DNA of 49,057 bases from Phoronis australis (Eukaryota; Animalia; Phoronida): the NCBI GenBank assembly GCA_002633005.1, contig NMRA01001133.1:1-49057 (forward strand). The letters run 5' to 3'. Positions 24,291 to 36,582 of this stretch are shown in pieces. A program made the position numbers and the translations under genes. Each line of letters opens with the position of its first letter. The stretch's first letter is position 1. Under the pieces are notes generated by a model. The model made no database searches. It was not told where the DNA came from and saw nothing but the letters and a program-made list of their open reading frames with translations.

Positions 24291-25486
24291 AGCGCTTCTA
24301 TAGGCCATTGAAACTAGTGAGAAAACTGGACCTTTTTTACAAGCGCTTCTATAGGCCATTGAAACTAGAACCCAGTGAAATGAAAGCCAAAAGCTGAGTA
24401 ACATTAAATTTTCCTTTCAGAAGAAAGGTTTTATACTATTGGTAAAAACTTTTCAATTTGGTACAGATTATGGGGAAATGACATTCAGTGACTGCATCGA
24501 TTGTCTCATTGTATGTTTTCAATTGTAGCTAGCAGCTACTATGCACAAGATTCAAGAATAAACAATTATCAGTGTATTTAAAAACAAATGGCAAACTGAA
24601 AAAGCACAGAAAGAAACATTGTGAGGGAGTCCATAATCAGGCATATCAGGTGCTGAATTACTGAATTACGTTCAATTCTCTCAGGTTATTGCTGAAGGAT
24701 TGCTTTTCACTTTGTCCAACAGTGAAATAGATGGTCAGGCGGTTGGTTTCAGTTGTTTTTTCTTGCCTGTAACAGAATAGAAATATTAGCAAATTGTAAA
24801 AGAAAAGGCAATACAAAACTACTTTTGTAAGGCAGAACATACTTGACATTTCATCTTCATGTTTATGTGTAGAAACTAATAACCTTTGTNGTCGGCTAGA
24901 CGACCGGTCGACGGCCGGTCGTCGACCAATTTCCGACCGGTCGGCCAAAAATTCGTGATGTGTTCTGTATGTTGTGATATGTGATACGATACTTGACGTA
25001 GCAATCGGGATCTTTTCGTACATCAAAGCATTATTATTGTTTGGAATGATTTCTAAAAGTTTATCAGTGACAGTTACATCAATCAATGCTCAATGTTTAT
25101 GCTGTCAACTCGATACAGGTTAATGAGTTAAGATTACAATCCAATCCCAATGGCAAAGGGTACGTGAGTGATAAATATCTATTGCATTAGACTATTTGTT
25201 TACTCCCTATCATATGTCTTCTGGAAATCTATTACACGTTGAAATGGAAATCTATCACGTCAGTTTTCACGTAACCTTTGGTTTTTAGGTTTGAAGGCTT
25301 GTACCGTGAAGAGGAGTTATGCATCGCTTCTGCACCGTCCCTGAATGGACAAAAATTGTTTTTTAGCATTCGACTGCAGCTAAGCAACAAGATCTTCCTA
25401 TCCAGTGCAGATCTGTTGTCAAAGCCTACTTTCAATATTGGAGACAACGAACAAAGCCTTTGAAAAGGAACAGCTATTTTTAAAGT

Positions 25487-26727
25487 TATTACTTGGCGAA
25501 ATAAATTTCGCCAAGTATATTGCTCTGACACTAAGTTTGTTTTTTTTTTAGTTTGTTCGCACGATACAGGTCGCAATTTTCGTCCGATCATCACGAAACT
25601 TACACATAACACGTACTTCTGGAAGTACTGGAAGCCTATTGTTTTTCATCAAAATCGGATCCAAGATGGCGGCTGTGGCGGCCATTTTGTGCAGTGGCGA
25701 CCATTTTGTTTCCGTTTAAAGGTTCAAATGCTTCTGGAGGCTACAATTTTTTACGTAAAAAGCTAAGAATCGGCACAGTTAATTGACCGGAAGATTGCTA
25801 CAAGTATACCGGAAATTGTTTACTTCCGGCCAAAGATGGCGGATATATCGGCGATCGCGCACGCGCACCTCGATTTTGGCCTAAAAACGTTTTCTCCTCT
25901 AGAGGGCGTATTATAGGACCAATTCCTTCGAGTTTTTATAGGTATTAGTTTCTTGTAACATGCTATTACACAAATCCAAAAAACCGGAAGTTGCATTCAA
26001 GATGGCGGATATAGCGCATGTTGACCCATTTTCAGTCGTCTGGAGTGGCATTTTAAACGGGAAGAGAAAAAGACGTGAGTTTTTGCTTGTAGATTCCTTA
26101 AAGTATTATCTTTCAAAATGCGTGAAACAATTTTTTTTCAGACTTACCGTTTTTGAGTTATTTGACTTTGAATTTCTTAAAAAAAACGCAAAATTTCATT
26201 TTTTCGAAAAATTTACGGAATTCGGCTATACCATCAGTTTAGATAGAATTTTAAACGGGCTTTCAGAAGATGTTTTCCATTTTTCGCTAGGACGTCTACT
26301 TTTCGAGTTATTTGAGATTTTCTGATAACGCTGTTCCTTTGTTGAGCGCTCTGGCTGCATTGATCTTGGTTTACCTTCTATGAACTAGGCTGTATCCCAT
26401 TTCTTATTGATTTATGACATCTAAGTTCATCATATGAATGTTGAGATGTTGTTCATCATCGCCACCACCATCATCATATTCGTCATCATCGTCATCATCT
26501 TCGTCATCATCTCCGTCGTTGTCTTTTCCGTTAATTTCGCCAAGTGTCGCTCAAGACTAGCCTTTTTTTTACTGATTTCGGACTTCTACGTTCGTCATGT
26601 GTATTTTATTATTACTTCTTTTGTTCATTCCCGCCACCATCGTCGTCATATTCGTCATCTTCATCATCATCTTTATCGTCAAATTTTTGGTTAATTTCGC
26701 CAAGGTTCGCTCCTCGGAGCGCTTTCA
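25487..26727 (+). mobile_element. Complete monomeric HINE (~1.24 kb) with its empty site available at ~22985-22995
   Basis: 5' TATTACTTGGCGAAATAAATTTCGCCAAGTA, 3' TTTCGCCAAGGTTCGCTCCTCGGAGCGCTTTCA. The empty site reads AAAGTCATTTTGTTTAAATTAC. No TSD. Confidence 0.9.
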
Positions 26728-27701
26728 TTTTGTTAAATTACTTATTCAGGTCCCGAAGGGGGATTGTCATGGGGGGGGTTTGAAATATTAGGTACAACTG
26801 AATGTGTGGAAATAACAGGTATTACATGTTTGGGGAAAAGAGCATGGTGAGGTAATCCTTAACCTTCACGAAGTCCCTTCAAGTTGATTTCATGAAACTG
26901 TTTTGCTACATGTATCAATTGTAAAGCCACGAAAATATATTACATTTTCCGAATTCACAATGACTTAATAGTCTTAACTCATACCTTGAAATGTTGCAAG
27001 TCGCTATAAATTCAAATGACTGCCATTTTTGTGAAAAATGCATTTTTGATGGTGCCTTACGATTTGTAATTACTCTCAAACAACAGAAAGATTATCCATC
27101 ATTTTTAAATGACCCAAGTCTTCATATCTTCTATTAGAAAAAAACGGTTCCCTCCACCTTAGGCTAGAAGTATGCTTGACAGACCCATGAACCTGTAATC
27201 TGAGTTTAAAATTGCTGAAAGTATCAAAATTAAGAAGGCTTGAAAATGGGTAACAAAGGTTTGAAGTTGTCTCAAAAAATTGTATATTTTACAGATAAGT
27301 GATGCGTTTAAAGAATTGTTATGGATAGGGATAAAAAATAAAGACACAGTTTTATGCAATACTCATTATATACACCCTTGGTTTCTGAAAATAGTAATTA
27401 TTTAATTTTATGTGAAACTGTAGACCAATCACCATATATTTTTGAAAAACAGAGATAACATTTTTGATCCAATCCGGAGTACTTAATTATTCATATTACA
27501 ATATTTGTTCCAGGTTCAGTGACATTTTAAAGCCACTTCAAGCTGTATCATAGACAAGCTTTGTTACTCCGTTCTCTTCCCACAGCACTTCCACACACCA
27601 GCAGTGCTGCATGGCACAATGTGCAAGTCAGTGGCCCTGGAGAAATGTGAATCGCAGTACTAAGTTACCGTAAGACAATGTGCCAGTGGAGTGTCTGTGT
27701 A

Positions 27702-28617
27702 NNNNNNNNNNNNNNNNNNNNNNNNNNNNNNNNNNNNNNNNNNNNNNNNNNNNNNNNNNNNNNNNNNNNNNNNNNNNNNNNNNNNNNNNNNNNNNNNNNN
27801 NNNNNNNNNNNNNNNNNNNNNNNNNNNNNNNNNNNNNNNNNNNNNNNNNNNNNNNNNNNNNNNNNNNNNNNNNNNNNNNNNNNNNNNNNNNNNNNNNNNN
27901 NNNNNNNNNNNNNNNNNNNNNNNNNNNNNNNNNNNNNNNNNNNNNNNNNNNNNNNNNNNNNNNNNNNNNNNNNNNNNNNNNNNNNNNNNNNNNNNNNNNN
28001 NNNNNNNNNNNNNNNNNNNNNNNNNNNNNNNNNNNNNNNNNNNNNNNNNNNNNNNNNNNNNNNNNNNNNNNNNNNNNNNNNNNNNNNNNNNNNNNNNNNN
28101 NNNNNNNNNNNNNNNNNNNNNNNNNNNNNNNNNNNNNNNNNNNNNNNNNNNNNNNNNNNNNNNNNNNNNNNNNNNNNNNNNNNNNNNNNNNNNNNNNNNN
28201 NNNNNNNNNNNNNNNNNNNNNNNNNNNNNNNNNNNNNNNNNNNNNNNNNNNNNNNNNNNNNNNNNNNNNNNNNNNNNNNNNNNNNNNNNNNNNNNNNNNN
28301 NNNNNNNNNNNNNNNNNNNNNNNNNNNNNNNNNNNNNNNNNNNNNNNNNNNNNNNNNNNNNNNNNNNNNNNNNNNNNNNNNNNNNNNNNNNNNNNNNNNN
28401 NNNNNNNNNNNNNNNNNNNNNNNNNNNNNNNNNNNNNNNNNNNNNNNNNNNNNNNNNNNNNNNNNNNNNNNNNNNNNNNNNNNNNNNNNNNNNNNNNNNN
28501 NNNNNNNNNNNNNNNNNNNNNNNNNNNNNNNNNNNNNNNNNNNNNNNNNNNNNNNNNNNNNNNNNNNNNNNNNNNNNNNNNNNNNNNNNNNNNNNNNNNN
28601 NNNNNNNNNNNNNNNNN
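27702..28617. other. Assembly gap
   Basis: Run of N. Confidence 1.
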
Positions 28618-29324
28618 GGTTATTGCTGAAGGATTGCTTTTCACTTTGTCCAAAGGTCAGGCGGTTGGTTTCAGTTGTTTTTTCTTGCCTGTAACAGAAT
28701 AGAAATATTAGCAAATTGTAAAAGAAAAGACAAGACAAAACTACTTTTGTAAGGCAGAACATACTTGACATTTCATTTTCATGTTTATGTGTAGAAACTA
28801 ATAACCTTTGTACCCAAGTCTTATTTAATATCTGAATTAGAATATGTGAAACAGGCTAAAAGTGATTTAACGATGTGTATTTTTCATGACACTTAAAATG
28901 TGTTTCTGATCTCAACAAGTAAAATTCATTCTAGGTGTCTATTTTTTTCAATGCAATGTTACGACATTTACTGAATTAAGGCTTATTCATGTTAATTCGA
29001 TAACTGAGGTGGTGGTCCTGGGGGTGGGGTCCACGATAAAATAAGGAAACTCACTCATCTAGAGAATTTTATTGGAAACGGCATAATTTTGAAGAGAAAC
29101 TGCTGTGAAAAAGTCACTCTTGACTTCTGTGCATCACGTACCCTACACCTCTTATTTTGGGAGCACTCCCACCCAGGACAATATGAATATCTGCTGCTAG
29201 CCTACCTGACATCGGGTGTGTTTCCAAAAAGAAACACTCAGTGCCACTCAATAAAACTGTTATTCAGTGGGGTAACTGGTGGGGATAACATCAACGATGT
29301 TGATAGAAACTGATTGCTAAAAAC

Positions 29325-29567
29325 TTACCAAGTAATGTTGTGTAGTCTCCGAATGGAACTGCACAGTCATAGACATAGTCAGAGCACACACGTGGCTTCA
29401 GCATCCACACACTTTTTTCAGTTAGTTGACCCTGTTGACCGCAATTGTCCACGAATATAGTAACCTTTGGTCTTTTGGGAATTTGTGGCTACCTGTCGAA
29501 GACTTGCACCAGGGAAATTAGCAGTAATAAGGCTTAGCGCGACGACGTATTTTGATAGAAATTCCAT
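29325..29567 (-). pseudogene. THAP-domain first exon of a decayed transposase
   Basis: Reads YYC*FPWCKSSTGSHKFPKDQRLLYSWTIAVNR, then a frameshift, then W...RVCSDY...DYTTLLG followed by a GTAAG donor. Confidence 0.7.
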
Positions 29568-29609
29568 CTTTTAACAGTTGTTTACATGCAGACAGCCACG
29601 CATGCGCAA

Positions 29610-32240
29610 TTCATTTTTTTAATGTTTATTACGAAATCTTCTGAATACAATGAATATACATAACCCAGAAAGCGCCAAGAGGCATTAGATCTGGGTAAAA
29701 AAATACAAAGAAGTCTATATACAATGATTATATACAAATACATAAATAAAAAAACTGATGTTAAGAATACAATGATATATGACAACGAATGAAAATAATT
29801 TATTTTAATACAGATGTATAAAATTATATCCACTCACACAAAGAGATTTAATGTTAAAAAGAAATTCTGATACTATTTCAAATAAAACCATATTTTCGTT
29901 TGAGTTAAGTTCTTGACATCCATATAGAAAGAAATTAATTTTGTTGTACAATTGCGGAATTTCAGAGTATTTTTTATAAACATTGTGGTATTGTTCGAGT
30001 GCCTGGAAGAGCTGTACCCTCTCCTCCTTGCATACCTCACAAGCAAAGAAAACATGAGGATATGTCTGGGTATCTCCACAGGAACACAGACCCGAAATAT
30101 TTTTAAAATTATGTCTAAATTTCTCGTTGTTTAGGAATAGACCACATCTTGATCTGTATAGGGTTATTTCATGGTTGCGGGGAAGTTGAAATGATGTCAA
30201 TGGGACTGGCTAGTCTGGAGTAGTGGTATGCATTTTAAAGTTATTTTTGAGAGTGACGATTGAAGTGCTTTCTTTTATTTTGAATGGTAAGGAATTCCAG
30301 TTGTCAATACAAGTTAATATCGTTGATCTTCTAAAGGCTTGGCTGATGGAGGCTGGAATAGTATACAAATTGCTTTGCCGGAGTCCTGGTCTCGTGCTTG
30401 GTCTTTTTTAGGAGTCAAAGAGGATTTTGTTAGAGTAATTGTTTATGTTGGTTAAGACTTTGAATGTATACATGGACAGGTGGAGTTTATGACGGGTTGC
30501 TAGTTTGCTCCAGTGAAGACTATTTAGAACCTTGATTGTGTTGGACCCTATGTATGCACCAGTTATGGCTAAAGTTGCTTGGTATTGTAGTCTTTCTAAT
30601 TGGAGAAGTATGCCAGCATTTGCCGATTGGTAGATTATGTCACAGTAATCTAGATGTGGAAGTACACAAGACTTGAACAGAGTTTCAAGATGCATGGAGT
30701 TGAGATGACGAGAGATAATTCTAATTGGATTAATTAATTTTTTGTACTTTTTGAACGAGTTCGCGACAATGAGGAGTAAATGTAAGCTTATGGTCGAGTA
30801 GCTAGCCAAGATGTTTGTGCGTGAACTTATTGGGGATAACTTCCCCATTGGGTGATAATTCCAGTGTTGGATTTGTTTGGAAATGAGTATTATTAGACTT
30901 AGAAAATATAAGATCAACACTTTTTTCAGGTTTAAATTTCATCTTCCATTTGTGAGACCAGTCATAGAGTTTGTTAAGGTCAGTTTGCAATTGTAAGGAG
31001 TCATGGGGATGCTCTTTTGAGAATGGGTGGAATATTGCAGTGTCATCAGCATATAAGAATGTTTTAGAGCTTATCGTGTCTGGAAGATCATTGATGTACA
31101 GTGAAAAGAGTAAGGGGCCTAGTACGCTACCCTGTGGTACTCCAGCATTTACGAAACCTGGTGTTGATGAAGGTGATAAGACACCCTCAATTTGGACTTT
31201 GTAAGTTCGATTTTCCAGATATGATTTTAAAAGTAAGAGGAGAGTGCCTGAGAAACCGTAAGATTGTAATTTATGTAGAAGCAGGTCATGGGGAACGACA
31301 TCAAAAGCTGACGCTCAAACTGGAGGTAGATGTCGTGTACAATTTCTGTAAGTTGCGACACAGTGCTGTTACCAGGCATGAATCCAAATTAGCGACGATA
31401 TATGAGGTTTTGTGAAGAGAAGTGGTCAAACATGTGCTGAGAAATGATTTTTTCTAAAATTTTGGATAAGGTGTTAAGTAGAGTTATGGGGCGATAGTTG
31501 GCAATGTCTGTTTTGGAGTTCTTTTTCTGTATTGGTATCATAACGCCAAGCTTCCAGTTCAAAGGAAAATTTCCAGATTGTAATATTTTGTTGTATAATG
31601 TTGTCAGAGGAAGTGTAAGCTCTCTTGCTATTATCTTGGTCATTTTATTGGTTATGAGATTGGTACCGTCGTTTTTGTTTTCGTCAACGTTTTCAAGTAG
31701 TTTTCTGACTTCAGATGGTTGGGCTTCTATGTAAGAGAGGTGTTCTAATGTTCTGTTTGGGAATTCTGGATAGTTTATTGTTGGTGCAATGTGACTCTTG
31801 GCAGTGAAGTAGTCTAGAAATAAGATACTTTTATCCGCTTTGGATGACGCCTGAGAGTTGGATTCTTTTGAGTGGATGGTGGGGTATGATGATTGCTTTA
31901 CCTGTCCTCGAATTTTGTTTACTATATCCCAATATTCCTTAGAATTTTTGGAGACATTTTTGATATTGGAGATAACTTTCATCTTATAGTCTTGTTTTGT
32001 CTTTTTAATTAGTTCTTCCACACTCTTGCACTGTTCTTTGTAGCGCTTGAACGTGCATGGGTTATTTGATCTTCTGAACGATCTGTACAGTTTATTTCTT
32101 TTATTTATTTCAGACTTAATGTTATTGTTAAACCACGGTTTGTTCTTGTTTTTTATTGTTTTCATGGTTGATGGGATATTATTATCTAATATGTTGTAGA
32201 GTGACTGTGTGAATATTGAGACTGCGTCATTTATGTCACT
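29610..32240 (-). mobile_element. CR1-group LINE, ORF2 (RT plus C-terminal CCHC) and 3' UTR; pseudogenised, 5' end lost in gap
   Basis: Motifs KPWF, NYRPITLLNTLSKILEKI, GVPQGSVLGP, YADD (31042-31053), VLPHLDYC and CSCG..HVFFAC. A minus-strand AATAAA and A-rich tail lie at ~29610-29630. There is a stop at 31389 and a deletion before AFD at ~31310. Confidence 0.9.
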
Positions 32241-32639
32241 NNNNNNNNNNNNNNNNNNNNNNNNNNNNNNNNNNNNNNNNNNNNNNNNNNNNNNNNNNNN
32301 NNNNNNNNNNNNNNNNNNNNNNNNNNNNNNNNNNNNNNNNNNNNNNNNNNNNNNNNNNNNNNNNNNNNNNNNNNNNNNNNNNNNNNNNNNNNNNNNNNNN
32401 NNNNNNNNNNNNNNNNNNNNNNNNNNNNNNNNNNNNNNNNNNNNNNNNNNNNNNNNNNNNNNNNNNNNNNNNNNNNNNNNNNNNNNNNNNNNNNNNNNNN
32501 NNNNNNNNNNNNNNNNNNNNNNNNNNNNNNNNNNNNNNNNNNNNNNNNNNNNNNNNNNNNNNNNNNNNNNNNNNNNNNNNNNNNNNNNNNNNNNNNNNNN
32601 NNNNNNNNNNNNNNNNNNNNNNNNNNNNNNNNNNNNNNN
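32241..32639. other. Assembly gap
   Basis: Run of N. Confidence 1.
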
Positions 32640-34580
32640 TAACACGTACTTCCGGAAGTACTGGAAGCCTGTTGTTTTTCGTCAAAATCGGATCCAATAT
32701 GGCGGCTGTGGCGACCATTTTGTTTCCATTTAAAAGTTCAAATGCTTCTGGAGGCTACAATTTTTTACGTAACAGGCTAAGAATCGGCACAGTAAATGAA
32801 CCGGAAGCTTGCTACAAGTATACTGGAAATTTTTTACTTCCGGCAAAAGATGGCGGAGATATCGGCGATCGCGCATGCGCACCTCGATTTTGGCCTAAAA
32901 ACGTTTTCTCCTCTAGAGGGCGCATTATAAGACCAATTCCTTCGAATTTTTACAGGTATAAGCTTCTTGTAACATGCTATTATACAAAGCCAAAAATCCG
33001 GAAGTTGCATTCAAGATGGCGGATATGGCGCATGTTGACCCATTTTCAGTCGTCTGGAGTGCGATTTTAAACGGGAACAGAAAAAAGGCGTTATTTTTTG
33101 CATGTAGATTCTTTAAAGTATCATCTTTCAAATGGTATCAAACATTTTTTTCTCATACTTACCGTTTTCGAGTTATTTGACTTTGAAATTCTTAAAAAAA
33201 CTCAAAATTTTATTTTTTTCGAAAAATTTACGGAATTAAACGATACCATCAGTTTAGATAGAACTGTGAACAGGCTTTCAGAAGATGCTTTTCATTTTTC
33301 TCTACGACGTCTACTTTTCGAGTTATTTGAGATTTTGTGATGACGCTGCTCCTTTGTTGAGCGCTCTTGCTGCATTGATGTTGGTTTATCTTCTGTTGAA
33401 GTAGACTGTAGCCTATTTCTTATTGATTTATGACATCTAAGTTCGTCATATGAATGTTGTGATGTTGTTCATCATCGCCACCACCATCATCATATTCGTC
33501 ATCATCGTCATCATCTTCGTCATCATCTCCGTCGTTGTCTTTTCCGTTAATTTCGCCAAGTGTCGCTCAAGACTGTAGCCTTTTTCTCACCGATTTCGGA
33601 CTTCTACGTTCGTCATGTGTTGTTATTATTACTTCTTTTGTTCATCCTCGCCACCATCGTCGTCATATTCGTCATTTTCGTCATCATCTTTATCGTCATC
33701 TTTTTGGTTAATTTCGCCAAGTTTCGCTCCTCAGAGCGCTTTCATATTTTTTGTTCGCACTCTACAGGTCGCAATTTTAGTCTGATTTTCACGAAATTTG
33801 CACACAACGTGTAGATCGGAAAGTCCTAGAAGCCTATTGTTTTTGGTTATGATCGGATACAAAATGGCGGACGTGGCGGCCATTTTGTATCCGATTTCAC
33901 AGTCAAATACTCGTAGAGGCCGCATTTTTCGACCTATATGGCTGAAAATCGGTACGAATATACTAAAACGAATGTGCTACAACTGTGCATAAAATCATTG
34001 ACTTCCAATTAAAGGTGGCGGAAATATTGGACGTAGCGCATGCGCACCCCGAAATATGGCTAAAAACGCTTTCTCCTGTAGAGGGCGCAATTGCAAACCA
34101 ATCACTTTCAAACTGGTCACGTGTTTGTTGAGTTTAATAAGCTTTTATAAGAAATTATTGAACCGGAAGTCACCTTCAAGATGGCGGCTGTGGGGCATGT
34201 TCACACGGTTTCAATCGCTCTGGTGTCGCAGTTTTTATGGGAAGAGCAAATGACGTGAATTTTTGCATGTGGATTCCTTGAAGTATGGCCTTTCAAAAAG
34301 TCTGCGAGAGCGTATTTCTCAGGCTTACCGTTTTCGAGTTATTTGACTTTGAATTTCAAAAAACGGCAAATTTTCAATTTTCTCGAAAAATTTTTGGATT
34401 TTTGCCAAACTACCACTTTAGATAGAGATTTAAACGGGCTTTCAGAAGATACATTCTATTTTGCGCTACGACGTCTACTTTTTGAATTATTCGATATTTT
34501 CGGATACCGTTGTTTCTATGCAAGCGCGCAGGTGGCTGGCTTTCAGTTCACTTTGTTTTGGTTATGCCTAGTTGACCCAG
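32640..34580 (+). mobile_element. Two tandem HINE bodies (subtype A to ~33744, headless subtype B from ~33752)
   Basis: Homologous to 4550-5657 and 2120-2962 respectively. The 3' stem-loop CGCTCCTCAGAGCG is at ~33725. Truncated at the n at 34582. Confidence 0.85.
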
Positions 34581-34582
34581 AN

Positions 34583-34830
34583 TCCAGTAGGTTGCTCCTT
34601 AGCCTATAAAAAGCTGGGCAAGACTCTACCAGGTATTTAGGAGATTCTACGTCAGTACCACACTCAGGACACACAGGGCTCCCCATATGCCCAGTAATGT
34701 GTCCGTGTCGGGCTAGGTTGCAGTGGCCCGTCAAAATTTGAATGACGTGTCTTGTACCCAATTTATCTAGACTCAGAAGGCTTTTTGAACCTTTTGGTGT
34801 CAGTCTACGACGTGTTTCTAACTAAGCAGA
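34583..34830 (-). mobile_element. LOA/R1/I-group LINE C-terminal zinc-finger fragment
   Basis: LTGHCNLARHGHITGHMGSPVCPECGTDVESPKYLVESCPAFYRLRSNLL fits the LTGH..H....CxxC...E...(H)L..CPA motif. Confidence 0.75.
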
Positions 34831-34845
34831 GGTGTCTTTTAGTTC

Positions 34846-36210
34846 ATTACTTGGCGAAATAAATTTCGCCAAGTATGTTGCTCTGACACTAAGTTTTTTT
34901 TTCGCCAAGAAAAAACTTAGTGGAAGAGCACTAAGTTTTTTACTGGGCGGAATTCTTCCGCCAAGTATGTTGATTTGACAGCAAGTTTTTTACTTGGCGG
35001 AATTCTTCGAATTCCGACAAGTATGTTGCTCTTCCACTAAGTTTTTTTTTGGTTGTTCGCAGGATACAGGTCGCAATTCTCGTCCGATCATCACGAAATT
35101 TACACATAACACGTACTTCCGGAAGTACTGGAAGCCTGTTGTTTTTCGTCAAAATCGGATCCAATATGGCGGCTGTGGCGACCATTTTGTTTCCATTTAA
35201 AAGTTCAAATGCTTCTGGAGGCTACAATTTTTTACGTAAAATGCTAAGAATCGGCACAGTAAATGAACCGGAAGCTTGCTACAAGTATACTGGAAATTTT
35301 TTACTTCCGGCTAAAGATGGCGGAAACATCGGCGATCGCGCATGCGCACCTCGAGTTTGGCCTAAAAATGTTTTCTCCTATAGAGGGCGTAGGATTTGAC
35401 CAATTCCTGCAAATTTTTACAGGTATTAGTTTCTTATAACATGCTATTATACCAAGCCGAAAAACCGGAAGTTGCTTTCAAGATGACGGATCTGGCGCAT
35501 GTTGACCCATTTTCAGTCGTCTGTAGTGCGATTTTAAACGGGAAGAGAAAGAGACGTGATTTCTTGCACGTAGATTCTTTGAAGTATATCCTTTCAAATG
35601 GCCTGTAACAATTTTTTCTAAGTCTTACCTTTTTCGAGTTATTGACTTTGAATTTCTTTAAAAAAATGCAAAATTTCATTTTTTTCGAAAAAGTTACAGA
35701 ATTGAGCGATTCCATTAGGTTAGATAGAATTTTGAACGGGCTTTCAGAAGATGTTTTCCATTTTTCGCTAGGACGTCTACTTTTGGAGTTATTTGAGATT
35801 TTCTGATAACGCTGTTCCTTTGTTGAGCGCTCTTGCTGCATTGATGTTGGTTTATCTTCTATTGAACTAGACTGTAGTCTATTTCTTATTGATTTATGAC
35901 ATCTAAGTTCATCATATGAATGTTGTGATGTTGTTCATCATCGCCACCTCCATTGTCATATTCGTCATCATCGTCATCATCTTCGTCATCATCTCCGTCG
36001 TTGTGTTTTCCGTAATTTCGCCAAGTGTCGCACAAGACTGTAGCCTTTTTCTTACTGATTTCGGACTTCTACGTTCGTCATGTGTATGTTATTATTACTT
36101 CTTTTGTTCATCCTTGCCACCATCGTCGTCCTATTCGTCATCTTCGTCATCATCTTTATCGTCATCTTTTTGGTTAATTTCGCCAAGGTTCGCTCCTCGG
36201 AGCGCTTTCA
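34846..36210 (+). mobile_element. HINE with multiple stacked 5' heads and one subtype A body
   Basis: Heads at ~34848, 34941 and 34991, plus an inverted head fragment at 34910-34930. The 3' end is TTTCGCCAAGGTTCGCTCCTCGGAGCGCTTTCATTTTT. Confidence 0.85.
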
Positions 36211-36297
36211 TTTTTGTCCGTTGGTTGTTTCGCAAAAATGTCTCAATTACTGCAATGTGCATATGAAGATCCCTTAGATACTTGAATCACTTTTCAG

Positions 36298-36582
36298 CTT
36301 AACGCGGTTTCATCGCCCGATGTGCCTCTGGCTATCCTCAGACAGCGTTTAAGTGAAGCAAAGAATGAGCAGGAAGAACAAGTGATCTTTGAGAAAATGA
36401 AAGATCTAATCAACATGCGCAATCGTATAGCGAGCATCTTCAAGGGTGTCGTGAAGGAAGTAATGATAGACACTCCAAAGGAAGTCGGCGACGTCATGAG
36501 GCTCAGACAAGATTTGACACAGCACGAGTGCTACGCCAATACCGTTGACTACTTCAACGACAATTGTCTTAATATTGCCGAG
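36298..36582 (+). CDS. LGMN: Legumain (asparaginyl endopeptidase, peptidase C13), penultimate coding exon (activation peptide/LSAM prodomain)
   Basis: TTTTCAG acceptor, 95 open codons LNAVSSPDVPLAILRQRL...HECYANTVDYFNDNCLNIAE, then a GTAC donor. Resembles the legumain SPDVPL...HxCY...F...C region. Phase 0/0. Confidence 0.9.

Larger units (their letters stand above)
24971..28811 (+). other. Second copy (probable allele) of segment 22303-24889, containing a HINE insertion and a gap
   Basis: 24971-25486 matches 22303-22988, 26728-27701 matches 22991-23991, and 28618-28811 matches 24684-24889. The copies join at the n at 24890. Confidence 0.85.

Noticed and set aside
27628-28771. Long ORFs of 300-370 aa
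   Set aside because: Artefacts of reading through the N gap; the same applies to the X-rich ORFs at 32209-33070
22303-28811. Genuine segmental tandem duplication
   Set aside because: The copies are joined at a single n and are nearly identical with indel differences, which fits two haplotypes better; not excluded without reads
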